Part shown: piece after piece, positions 28,986 to 41,710 of the stretch
Numbering within the stretch: the stretch's first letter is position 1
Layout of the letters: each line of letters starts with the position of its first letter
Assembly: GCA_964016885.1 (NCBI GenBank)
Contig: OZ024758.1
Span: 3,286,001 to 3,350,000, forward strand
DNA length: 64,000 bases
Source of the DNA: Eledone cirrhosa
Taxonomy: Eukaryota
Direction of reading: 5' to 3'
Program-made: the position numbers and the translations under genes
Notes under the pieces: generated by a model
What the model was told of the DNA's origin: nothing
The model's database searches: none
Seen by the model: only the letters and a program-made list of their open reading frames with translations

Positions 28986-30399
28986 GACCAATAGTCATCA
29001 ATGCTTACCAAACAAATATGATCGGATTTGTACTTGGCAGGGCAATTTTCTAGGTACATATCCCATTGTCATTCTTGACACATTGGAAGTCTGGAATATC
29101 TGATTATATAATAAAAAGACGAGGCCTGCCACCTTGATAGACGCATTAAAGATAACAGAGAACAAATAATACAATGAACAGATATATGAAATTCGGAAAG
29201 TATGGAAGGATGAACCAACACACAAGCCGGTCAGCTAATCGAACCCACGATACCATGATCGCCAGTCGAATACTGTTACTACTAGGACAATCGCTTCCAC
29301 ATATATTATGCATGGCTTCATTTACTTTATTTAATGTGAAAGAACGTTTCTGAATCAGCAGGTGAAAAGGATTTTGAAGTTTACAGATAGAGATTATATA
29401 ACCAAACTTGAAACATTTATGACAAAACAACTATTTACAAATAGAATGAAAAATGTGGATAACTAGATACTGAAGCATGTCCCATTGCAATATTTAAAGC
29501 ATTATACAACATTGTTTGATTAGGTAGAATGGCATCAGTGCCACATTTAATGGTAATTTTCTACTTCACAACCAAAGCTATATACAAGACAGTTTTAGCA
29601 GCGTGAAAACTACTTGAATGTAGACAATGCTATTACCTTCATTAATCGGATATAAATTATTCTGAGGAAATATCTTTCACAGACATTTGGCCTTCAAGTG
29701 AATAATCAATAAACTCTAATAGATTTTTTTTTAAGATTTGACAACTTATAATTCTTAAACATAACATATCCACCTCAAATGTAGAAATGTCATCGATTTA
29801 TGACAATGATTAAAATAACTCCGTTAGATTTCCTGTAAAAGTATGTTAATAAATACTGTTGACTTTCCTTTCAAATATTTTTCTACTGATGACATTGCTT
29901 TCATTTTAAGCAACCCCTTTTTTCATTGACTAATGGACATTATAGAATACATAATATCAAATTTTACATAAGATCAATTTTGTTCCATGTTTTATGGTTG
30001 AATATTACTCTACATCGAACGTATATTATATTTATGCTGTGATGGGTTATACAAGATATTTATTGAATATAAGCAAACTTATCTGGTTTGTACATGAACA
30101 ATTGTTCTTTGATAGAATTCATGCATTATGTTAGACGTTATACGAAAATATATTATTGTGTCAAAATATATTCTTATTTAGTGTATTCATTAAGAAAGAA
30201 TGATATGTTCGGTATCATGTATATCACGTGTGCAGATATGGCGTATATTTACGACAAGAATGTGTAGTTGAATAGCTTTTTGCAAATATATAAGTGTGAT
30301 TTTTATCCCACTACATTGCACAACATGTTACATTAAATCTGTGTAACGGAAAGTATACAGGGTCTGAAAAGTAATTTACTGGCTCCATACTAACAGTCT

Positions 30400-30577
30400 G
30401 GTGCATGGCCTGCATCCTGAAAGTCGATTATATCGATCCCAGTGCGTTACCAACATTTTATATTTATTGACCCCATAAGGATGAAAGTGGGGGTTTGAAC
30501 TCAGAACATATAAAGCCATAATTAAATCCAGCAGAGTACGTTTCCGATGCTCTAACGATTCTGCGAATCCACTGCCA
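30400..30577 (-). mobile_element. Nin/Deu-domain SINE, older subfamily
   Basis: Reverse-complement head, gagttcaaac, tttcatccttatggggtcaataaa. Confidence 0.8.
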
Positions 30578-31152
30578 TATTAACAAAATAGCGGCATATC
30601 AATAAAATGAAAAATAAATCTATAATTTTGCTAACCAGAGCTAGATATAAATATTTTTATGGTAGTTAAGGGAAATTATTTCTGTGTATCTCGATATGGG
30701 AAATAACGGAAATGATTAAACAACGTTGACACCATTAGAATTTAACTGGAATTGTGACAGCTTCTGAATTAAATTTAAAATTATTTTCGAATTTATTCGA
30801 ATTAAGATATTTCTATCTAATATTCTTTGAAGACAATGCATAAACAAAAACAAATCAATATTTAATTTTTATGTAATTTATTTATTATAATCGGAATATA
30901 TTTCCATTTGAATTGAATGTATTTAATCAATACAAATAGGAATAAAGGGAATTTAATTTAAATGTTGTATTATTTAATAAAATCTCAACTGATATTAGTA
31001 TATAACTATTTTTAAATGACCTGGTTTAATACCCTTTTCGAATCATAAACTTTATAGGTACACAGGGCATACATCTATTCTGATACTAAGATTCGATGAC
31101 TTTCGATATCGATTATTTTCAAGTATATTATTCATGAATATGTACATAATTA

Positions 31153-31371
31153 TTGAGGGAATTCAGAGGAGAAACATATATTTCTACATTACAGAATATA
31201 ACTTTATTATCCAATAATACGCCGCATGGAAAAATTAAATTTAGTTATTGTTATCTTGGAATGTGCGAAAACAACCATAATTTATCATTTATGTCAATAT
31301 ATTTCAAGTATAGATACAATAAATTATTTTCAAAACAGACGGCAAATATTTCTGAATGTCTAGCATTATGA
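31153..31371 (+). pseudogene. DNAAF9-like exon remnant FRGETYISTLQNITLLSNNTPHGKIKFS...MSIYFK
   Basis: ORF track 31153..31371; PHG-I-S and IxFK motifs. Confidence 0.45.
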
Positions 31372-32165
31372 ATATATAGACGTTCTCTCCATTTGGAACT
31401 AAACTCTCATTTTATGAGAATGAAGATGTCTTATGACAATTAACTGCTTAAATATTCATAAAAGTAACAAATATCTTAATGTGAGTTTTACTAGCAATAC
31501 AAATATGGCAATCAATTAAGTCACTCTCTTCCTCTCCTTATTTTTCTATCTCTCTCTCACTATACACAAACACTATATATATATAGCTTCAAGCAAGCTA
31601 CAAAACATACACACATATACACATATATATATATATAAGTTTATCCCGGGTACAATCGGGGGTAACCACAGTGGGTAAGGTATTCAATACATAGCAGAGT
31701 ATAAATATTTAATATAAAAATGGCTTCTACAGGACTAGAACTGTTTGATTCTGGAGAAATCATCAAGAAGCAGGCTTCATAAGGGCTTCCTGTAGAAGAC
31801 CTGTAGAAGCCATTCTCTATTAAATATATATATAAGAAAATCAGGGTTTTTTTATTTTAAAAAAAACCCCCAAAAAACGAGTTGTCCTACACGGGTGAAC
31901 GTATACGGAAAAGAAATCGAAATGCCACTGGAACTGGAGACTTTTTAAGAATATCTATTTATTTCCTTTACCGGTTTCACAGTTCTTATAATTTTCAAAA
32001 GTAAAATTTAGTTGGAGTGTTTGGAGTTTGTCTCTCGCGAGCGAAACTGCAGACCCTCCATCTAAATTTAACTTTTCGTAAATAACAATAAGCAAAGTAC
32101 ACAATATATATTTCAATGGAGCTGAAGATTTTGAGGTCTCCATTTGAAATAATATTTAACTTTGT

Positions 32166-32347
32166 TGGCGGTGGATTGGCACTCTCGTTAGAGCGTCAGA
32201 TACCATGTTTGCAGCATAGAGCTATGTCCCTTTATGTTCTCAGATTACATCCTGCCGGTATAAATTTGCCGTTCATCCTTACGGGGTCGTAAAATAAAGC
32301 ACCAGTAATAAACTGATAATTGCTGACCTTGTGCCGAAAGCAGAAAC
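32166..32347 (+). mobile_element. Nin/Deu-domain SINE, full length with TSD
   Basis: 15-bp TSD aatatttaactttgt at 32151-32165 and 32348-32362. Confidence 0.9.
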
Positions 32348-32564
32348 AATATTTAACTTTGTGGTAGACTTGCAATCTCTAGCTTGTAAAACAAAATTAT
32401 ACTATCGACAAAATCATAACATCAATCTTTCTGAGTATATGTAAAACGTAACTGATGTAACTGAACAATCGGCACATATATTGAAAAAGAATATATTAGT
32501 TTAACACTTGAAATAGCAGGAAAAGAGCCACATATGTATGTATATCTATATGTGTGAACATTTG

Positions 32565-32605
<41 letters not shown>

Positions 32606-32858
32606 TAAAATAACAGATTAAAGTTTAAGCAAATAATCGCTGCTTTCACCCTTAACGGATCTTCTGAAACTAACAAAGTCAATCTGTGAACGCAGAAGTG
32701 AATATTTCAAAAAACGTTGCAACCGGAGGAAGACAGAAAGACGATACTTTGGTTCGTGGAAACGTTCCCTGACCAAATACGGGAAAAAACGAATATAATA
32801 CGTCATTATTTGGAACGATGAAAAACAATTGGATTCTAGTCTTCAAATTTATTATTAT

Positions 32859-32895
<37 letters not shown>

Positions 32896-33053
32896 TAAGT
32901 ATTGATTTACAAACTTTTATATATACAATTTTATTCTATGGAAATATATACAATATTAACTACTATAGTTTTTCTACGTTCATTCCTTCTCAGTATTTAT
33001 CCATACCACTTTACTTTCGAGTTTCTGCCTTCTAAATAGTTAATCATACTTAA

Positions 33054-33330
33054 TTGAAACTGCATAATATTGTAATTCCTGTATGTATGATTGGATCGGT
33101 AATACATTATTTTTATAATGTAATGGAGCGTATCAAAAATAAGAATTGGATTATATTGACATTGGACATATGGAAAGCAGCTTATGTGGCAAAAGAGGCT
33201 TATTTATGTTACTTCTTTTCATCACTATTTTCGTTATACACCCGAGGGATTTCATGTAGCAACTGTAATATGTGGTGCCTCAATGGAGGCCATATGTGTC
33301 GTCATAATCGACGTCTGTATTATATGATCA
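33054..33330 (+). pseudogene. DNAAF9-like remnant (IHYFYNVM..LDIWK.. then HVATVICGA in a shifted frame)
   Basis: ORF 33054..33371 plus a shifted frame resembling the degenerate P-loop region (ITGLPG). Confidence 0.35.
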
Positions 33331-33505
33331 CAAATGTTATCTATGTATTTCTTTACCAAGTTCATCATTAAAGACAAACATAAGCTTCATTATGTTGACC
33401 ATCAGCCATTTTTATCATCCTATATCCAACATCAATATAATATCTATATTCATATATTCATTTAAAACTACTTCCCCATCTCCTGTATGTGTGTGTGTGT
33501 GTGTA

Positions 33506-33665
33506 TTATATATATATATAATATATATATAATATATATATATATAATATATAATATATATATATATAATATATAATATATATATATATAATATATAATA
33601 TATATATATATAATATATATATATATAATATATATATATATATAATATATATATAATATATATAT

Positions 33666-33734
<69 letters not shown>

Positions 33735-33735
33735 C
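33506..33735. repeat. (TATAA/TA)n microsatellite
   Basis: Direct reading. Confidence 0.95.
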
Positions 33736-34215
33736 TTAATTGAAACCACACAACCCACATATAGATATATATAAATATAGATATATATAAATATATACAT
33801 TGTATATATACACATATATATTAGTAATAATAATGATGAAGACCAAAATCTGAAGAGCTCGTAAAGGACAGTATATATATCTAAAACTATATAAAAGCCA
33901 TAGAGCAAATACTATTAATGAGTGTGTGTGTATAGAAATATGTTTATTTCATATATGTGTATATATATTCATATGTATATATAATGTATTTCTTATATGC
34001 ATTGAAAATGTATAACTTTATTCTTGTATTTTTGGGGTACTTTTGCATGATCATGGTTTGCTTAGAACCCTAATGTTTGACGGTAGCATCGGTTTTAACT
34101 TCACAGGTTTTAGGACTCGGCAAACATGATGCTCAAAGAATTTAGTGATGGGTTATCTTTCACAGGAGAAAATATTCTTTAACATTTTAAACAACAGACC
34201 ATATATTTTTTTTAG

Positions 34216-34459
34216 GTTTACACAAATTTATTATTGAATCTTCTACGCATTTCCTGCCAATAGTAATACTGATCTGCTTGGAATAATTACTATTGTTACT
34301 AGTTACATGAAGCAACAAACAGCGATGGTGAGTGGAAATAAATTTGTCTATAAATTTAATAATACTATAATCATCTCCACAATAACAAATTTAAAAATAT
34401 GGTATCTCGTATGTCATGGTTACTGGTTATTTCCTGCTTTCATTTTTACGATTATTTAA
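34216..34459 (+). pseudogene. DNAAF9-like exon remnant FTQIYY*IFYAFPANSNTDLLGII...ISTITNLKIWYLVCHGYWLFPAF
   Basis: Strong poly-T ag acceptor; TGA at 34235-34237 (probable CGA>TGA); 73 open codons follow. Confidence 0.55.
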
Positions 34460-34524
34460 GTAATATTAAAAGTTTCCCATTATTGATGAAATATGTATAT
34501 TTTATTCTTTTTATTTTGTTACAG

Positions 34525-34577
34525 TATTCTCCGATTGTAATTTCAAATTAGATTCTGTTGATTTAAAATTGTTGCTA
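34525..34577 (+). pseudogene. DNAAF9-like exon FSDCNFKLDSVDLKLLL
   Basis: ttttgttacag acceptor, gtaagt donor, phase 1 to 0; DLKLLL ~ DIELIL. Confidence 0.55.
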
Positions 34578-36147
34578 GTAAGTTGATATATTTGTTATTT
34601 GGTGGTTTCCAAACGTAAAATAAAATACCCTGCTATATGACGAATCTTTATTTGTACATTGGGAAGCTACATCAACTACTGTGAGATATAAAATAACAGA
34701 AATTGTGCATGCCATAACATTGGCAAGCTGAAATCAAAACTAATTTTCAAACACCATCAATCAACTGGAGAAAATAGAAGACAAAATAAGTTCCGATGAG
34801 ACATTTTGCATATCATATATCTGTGCAACGATACAGAGTGGTAATTTGATACGAGAGATCCATCAAATAACGTTATTCATTGTTGTATTCATCAATGCTG
34901 AACATAATAAGGCACGAATATTCCCAGAGCAGTCACTTCTACAGCAAACTATATGTGGTTCGCTAAATAGTCTCCATGAGAAATGGAATAAAAGTTTCAA
35001 GTTGCTACAATAATGAAATATTCCCCAGTGTGTGGTTTACTGGATCTTCTTTGCAATTTATAATTTTATAATTATAATATTATTGAATGATCAAGTAAGA
35101 CTTAACATATCCCTCATGCAATCATTTTTGTCCATTCGTTCTCTATGTCATATTTTCCCTGCCATGTCTTTACTGTGTATGCCTCAGTGCTCCTACGCCA
35201 GCCATAGATATAATGTATTTGGTAATATATTATATGGAAATAAATTACATGTTCATATATAAAACAATCGATTGTAACCACAAAGTTTCTTTCAGTTTCC
35301 CGTTTACAAATCTGAAACTTATAATATAGGCAGGAAGAGCGATATTTAAGAAATATTTGTAAAAATGAATATATATATATATATATATATATTTAACTCG
35401 TGTTAATTCAGTGAAATTCTAAATTTCAAGAACATGTCACGCTTAGGAGAAAATATGTTTTACAATTATAGAAACGTAAGTGTTTTTTTTTTCATACATG
35501 CAAAATATAAATAGCAAAATGCTAGTTAGAATGTATTTAACGTTGATGAAATTAATGATTGGGTCAAGTAGCATACACCTATGAAAGCGCGTTTATACTT
35601 CCGAACAAAATGCATTTTAGATTCAGTTATATATATTTATAGATTGAGAAGAAATGGAGAGAAAAATAACTAGAAAAAATAGGTTTCGGGAGCGGCATTT
35701 TGTACGTTTAGCTTTACCAGCAGATACGTGACTATGGAAGTGCATATCCGAAATAAACTCCTGCTTCAAGTTTAACAAATCACAGTTCCAAGCTAATTTC
35801 ACTTGACCTGCACACTATATTGGTCGCATCTCACCGACATATATGCCTATTGTGATGTTCCTGACGACATAATACTACGCAGACATTTTGACTGGGGAGA
35901 AATATTCACAGAAAGACTGTGGTGATGTTATGAGAGGACATTAAATGGTACCAGTTTCATATTGCTAACATTTGTATTTAATTATATATATGTTCTTAGA
36001 ATTTGACATACATTTGGAATACCCCTTTATGTCCAGTATAAATGATTAATATCGGAAGAAAATATGGACAATCTTTGAAAAAATATAAAGAGTTCTAGAA
36101 CAACAATGTACAAGCAAAGCATTAATATGAGTTTTGGACATTTTGTA

Positions 36148-36246
36148 ATAATTGTTTATACTATTAGCACAAGGCCAGCAATTGCCGTAACTCTTTGCTG
36201 CAAAGCATGGCGTCAGACCCTCTACCCATACTGCCAATCCACCGCC
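36148..36246 (-). mobile_element. Internally deleted SINE (head fused to tail)
   Basis: ggcggtggattggcagtat head joined directly to aattgctggccttgtgct tail. Confidence 0.8.
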
Positions 36247-36771
36247 CTATAAATTTTGTAATAATGAAATGGCAATGTTAATTGTTTGAAACAAGTTCTA
36301 CCTCCTTTATAATTCGTAACGATCCAGCATTGTATCTCTACATTTCATTATTAAAACATTATACTCTAAGTGAATATATTTCCCTTTGGTTTAAATGTGG
36401 TTTTCTTTTCTTTCAAGTAGATATGCATTCAACTCTGTTAATCATGTCTGAAATCGTTGCGTAAAGGAATTATTGTAATAAGGACAAACGAAAAAGACAA
36501 ACAACACAAACTCTTCAGCTAATATATTGAAGTGACTCTTCAACATATTCTAGCCTAATAGACATCTATATTTGAACAGTTTTCATTTAAAAAGGGATCC
36601 ACTTCTCGTGGCTCTTCAATAAATAGTTGAGATATGATACATAGACTTAAAGAATAATTTCATTAAGGAAATTCATATATTCTCTCTCATATTTAACATA
36701 TATATTAATGTACCTATTATAATATGCAATACGTTGATTTTCTATGAGTTATAAAAGTAACATTCACTCAG

Positions 36772-36947
36772 AAAAAGAAACAAGTTATCAAGAATAATGG
36801 AAATTTGAAAGCGTTTAACAAAAGAAAACTAATTTCATCCGTTCCACATGTACATGTTTGCAAGAGACATCTTGACATGAGTAATCTCAAGGGTGTAAAT
36901 GTCACGACAGAAAATGGTGAAGAAAGGGAATATACATCTCCGCTGTT
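36772..36947 (+). pseudogene. DNAAF9-like exon KKKQVIKNNGNLKAF...LKGVNVTTENGEEREYTSPL
   Basis: 176 nt open, cactcag acceptor, gtatgt donor, phase 0 to 2. Confidence 0.6.
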
Positions 36948-38602
36948 GTATGTTTCGTTTTCATTCAAATGTTAATAGAAAATTATATTGATACTATATG
37001 ATAATGCTGGGGGTCGATGTTTGAAATGGATGTGTATCCTATCGTCCAAAACATTACATATATAACATTGTGTTTGTTAAGGAGTCTTACTTATATTATT
37101 CTGCGTATGTTATTTAATCTATTTTTCTGCTTTGGGTTCTTAGAAATGTGTTAAGCGCTTATTTGTATCAATAGCATGTTCTTGTGATCTCCGAGAAGAG
37201 ACGCTCTGAACCATTAAGAAGCCAAACAAATGGATATTTTATTAAACCACGTAAATAACATATTTATATAATATATATCTGAGGAGGTCTGTTCTATTCA
37301 TGGGGTACAAATGTATTCTCTAAAACTGTTTTGCAATTTTTATCAGAAGCAACACAAGTACGACAGTGTTCTCTATCAACATCGGCATCGCAGTAGTATT
37401 AGTAGTAGTATCATTAAAACCAATGTTATTGAATTCGAAAAAAAAAGAAGAAAAATATACGAAATATGGAACACCAGGACGATAGAACGACATCCCGGAA
37501 CACTGAATGTTTTGATATTCATGGCTTACCTTTTCAATATATCTGCACTCAAGCAATTTTGCTTAGCTACACATGTCATATCTCTCACTCTCACTTTCTC
37601 TGACCCTATCTCTCTCTATATGTATATATCTCCATAATTATTTATTCTCTAATGTCTATATAATGATATATATATATATATATATGGGGGGGGGGGTCGA
37701 GTGGTGTGTGTGATTGTGCGAGTGAGTATGTGACTGTGTGAGCGAGTAAGAGAATGTGTGTGTGAGCGCGTGTTCGTATGCCATTGTGTATCTAGTACGA
37801 CAAGTACAAGCTAATACAATTATATATATATTCATGTGCAAAACAAATACAAAATTATTATGATTCAGAAATATTTCTATTTTTCTATGAGAAAGATATG
37901 TTATCAAGAGACTCGTTTTGGTACAATGAGCAGCTTATTTCTATTTAAAATATTAAATCATTCAATGTTAAATACAATATATACAGAGGCGTCTTGACTA
38001 TTGTGAATTTTATTGAAATCGATTTTATTACTGCTCCAAATATTATTGTAAGGTTTAACATTTTCAATTGATCCCTTATGTCTAATTAGAAAATGTTACA
38101 ATTATATGTATTCTCTACGGAGCTATGTAAGTGTCATTATTTGATTTTAATCAAACCACTTGTGTAATATTTAAGATTATATTCATATTTGCTATTTATC
38201 GATGAACATTATACAATTCTCAAGTGTATTTATCGCTTTCGTATGTCAGTTATACTGGACATATATTTCAAACGAATTCATAAATAAGTTTATAATTTTT
38301 TGTATTCATATTCCCTAAATTGCCTCAGTAATTATAAGCTATGGTAATAAAATATTTATCATCTGAAGCCACTGAGAAATATTAACAAATATTTAGAGGC
38401 TATACTGGTTTGATTCTGTATGTATTAACGGTTAAGAATTGGGATTCAATGTCATTCATGAGTAGAAACGATATTTATGTTGTTTTCATGGTACGTACAG
38501 TAGTAAGGGTATATCCAGTTCATATGGCTCTGTACGTATTATAATCTTATAAAGTGTGCATTTATCCGTTTTAAATCCACCCCAATATATCTATAATATT
38601 TT

Positions 38603-38652
<50 letters not shown>

Positions 38653-38839
38653 CACACATGTATGAATGTATATATATTTATATATATATTTTTAGCCTAA
38701 GTTCAATTGGGGTAACCATAGTAAGAAAGGTTCTCAATACATAGAGTATAAATATTTAATATAGAAATCGCGTCTACAGGACTAGACCTGGTTCATTTAG
38801 GAGAATGATACAATACTAGTCCCGTAGAAGCAATTTCTG

Positions 38840-38877
<38 letters not shown>

Positions 38878-39231
38878 CGTGGGATGAGGTGATAGGCCAG
38901 GAGTCGAGTCTATAGCATTTATATAAATTCAGAGACACTCATCTTTGGATCGGTCGCAACTATGGACAATCAGTTAATCATTTACGTGAAACCTCGTTCT
39001 GATTACAATATATATATATATATATATATATACACTGGGGGGTACGATATTTCTTAAGTATTATTTATTCCTCGTCTGTAACCCTCCAAATCCCCTACGA
39101 TATTATTCTAATATATACCGGTGAAAACATCGAATATTAAATGCATACCCAAGGTATGCAAGGCCCTTTAGAAATCTGTAGCCCACAACATTCAGATCCA
39201 ATCATAACACTTTCTAATTAAGACAGAACGG

Positions 39232-39420
39232 TAGACATTTGAAGCCGAGGTTACAGTCGATTAAATCAAATCTCGTGTATTACTGTTACTTTATTTTATC
39301 GACTCCATAAGGATGAAACGCAAAGCTAAACTTGGCTGGATTTGAACTCAAACAAAAGGCCTGTAGCTATGCTGTGAAGCATGTTGTCCGATGCTCTACC
39401 GATTCTGCCAATCTGCTGCC
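39232..39420 (-). mobile_element. Nin/Deu-domain SINE, older subfamily
   Basis: Reverse-complement head, B box and core. Confidence 0.8.
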
Positions 39421-39489
39421 CAAGTCCCACTCACAATAATGAACACATAATTTATATTCTATTATATAGAAGTATCATTATAATGCAAC

Positions 39490-39880
39490 AACCTGAGTAA
39501 CAAACATAATATCACCGAACATAGATTAAATAATGACTACAGCATCTCACTTCCATCCATCAAAATATTCTTAGATGTAGTAAAATACACTCAATGACAT
39601 CAACACGCGGCACACATTACGCACTAAAAATAATAGCCTACATATAAACGAAACAGCAATAAAACCCCAACGTCACACATTCAATCAATATAATATGAAC
39701 ATAAAGACCAACGATTGCTCAATATTGAATATAGAAATCGCATCACCAAACATGAATGAGTACACCTTCCAAAAGTAGGAAATTAAAACCAGGTTCAATA
39801 TAAGGACTGCAAATATAGATTAAAAAGACATATATCACACACAATACATAAATAACGATACCCGAGGAACCTTACACACT
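39490..39880 (+). mobile_element. Penelope-like element fragment (GIY-YIG C-terminus)
   Basis: NITEHRLNNDYSISLPSIKI resembles the SAIAEH..N.H.I....KI motif; AC-rich strand bias. Confidence 0.5.
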
Positions 39881-40127
39881 AACACGATGGTCTATACATA
39901 CATTCATACACAGATATCTCACCAAATATCTCTATAACGTACACACGCACTAACAATGATACATACATACATACATACATACATACATACATACATACAT
40001 ACATACATACATAGAGAGAGAGAGAGAGACAGAGCGAAGCAAATACATCGTTATAGATTGAGTAATGCACTTTATTAGGCAGAATTTCATACAAACCGAA
40101 TGCATATAAAGTCACTTAGAAAACAAC

Positions 40128-40158
<31 letters not shown>

Positions 40159-40310
40159 GTATGCATGTATATATATATATATAATGTTGTTTTCTAAGTG
40201 GTATGCCTGACCGATTTAACTCACTCAATATGCAAATTAGGCTGCTCAGCCGTTAATTTTCATAAGGAAAGTATATACTTTCGAACGTTCAACTATCTGG
40301 CAGATGGGTA

Positions 40311-40355
40311 AACGGTGCTGATGATAGCTAACAAGCTTGAAACTAGTACATCGTT
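40311..40355 (+). ncRNA. Minimal type I hammerhead ribozyme, copy 1
   Basis: AACGGTG-CTGATGA-tagct(aaca)agctt-GAA-ACTAGT-A-CATCGTT: 7-bp stem I, intact core, palindromic ACTAGT stem III, GUA cleavage after 40348. Confidence 0.8.
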
Positions 40356-40774
40356 CCTGTGTCAGTGTTGAACAAAAAGGTGACGTGGTTGCCTTAACAC
40401 CGTATGGCATAAATTCAGGCTGTTCAGTTTGTTTACAAACGAACAAAGCGACGTTAGCGCCGCTAAACTGATACGTGCATATATGTATGTGTACCTGTAC
40501 GCATATGTATATGTATATATATATATATATATATGTGCATGCTACTGTACGTCTGTATACATATATGTATGTACGTATACATGCATACTTACATTTAAGT
40601 AAGTGCCATACTAAGAGTGAGAAATGAAATTTCGTTTTCATTTTGTTTCAATTTATCGTTTTCGGTATGCCTGACCGATTTAACTCACTCAATATGCAAA
40701 TTAGGCTGCTCAGCCGTTAATTTTCATAAGGAAAGTATATACTTTCGAACGTTCAACTATCTGGCAGATGGGTA

Positions 40775-40819
40775 AACGGTGCTGATGATAGGTAACAAGC
40801 TTGAAACTAGTACATCGTT
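40775..40819 (+). ncRNA. Minimal type I hammerhead ribozyme, copy 2
   Basis: As copy 1 with one stem II substitution (taggt); cleavage after 40812. Confidence 0.75.
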
Positions 40820-41409
40820 CCTGTGTCAGTGTTGAACAAAAGGGTGACGTGGTTGCCTTAACACCGTATGGCATAAATTCAGGCTGTTCAGTTTGTTTAC
40901 AAACGAACAAAGCGACGTTAGCGCCGCTAAACTGATACGTGCATATATGTATGTGTACATGTATGCATATGTATATATATATGTATATATATATATATAT
41001 ATATGTGCATGCTACTGTACGTCTGTATACATATATGTATGTACGTATACATGCATACTTACATTTAAGTAAGTGCCATACTAAGAGTGAGAAATGAAAT
41101 TTTGTTTTCATTTTGTTTCAATTTATATATATATGTATATATATATATACATATGTACATATATATATATATATACGCCATTATATATATATGCAGCGAT
41201 CCACCATTTCAACATTAATCCAAACCCTGATTCTTCAAACAGTCAACACAAAAGCTTAGCTACTTACCAACTACCCGCACTGTGAGATACATGACATACA
41301 CAATTTACCAATCGTATAGGGAAATATACTATTAAAAACAGAAAACAGTTATACACCAAACATACATCAGCGATTATAAATTACAACACATATGTAGTAT
41401 CTGAACTAA

Positions 41410-41710
41410 AATCTCTTTCTAATAGTTCTTCCCCAAATTGCATTTTCTTCGGAACTTGTTCTACTTTGGCATGTTGGTATATCACGGATGAGATTTTCTC
41501 CAAGTTCTATTGTTCCTTTGTTCCTTCAAAAGTTCTATTGTTCCTTCAATCGTTCACTTGTTTCTGCATCGACCCTATGTACACCTTACCCGATATATAT
41601 TTTTAACTTTACAGTTTTTCTCCAGGATTATCTTACAGACTATACAGTTCTTATATACCGTACTGATCCGGGATTTTATGTTTGCTTCTTGTTGTATGGT
41701 TGTTCCTAAG
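41410..41710 (-). mobile_element. Penelope-like GIY-YIG fragment
   Basis: KNIYR ... GKVYIGS (YIG motif). Confidence 0.55.

Larger units (their letters stand above)
40201..41126 (+). repeat. Tandem duplication, 464-nt period, two copies, hammerhead-bearing (retrozyme or Penelope pLTR-like)
   Basis: Units start at 40201 and 40665; they differ by about 5 substitutions and internal (TA)n length. Confidence 0.95.

Noticed and set aside
40246-41111. Duplicated 131/133-aa minus-strand ORFs
   Set aside because: Antisense to the hammerhead unit, run through a microsatellite, and show no recognisable domain.
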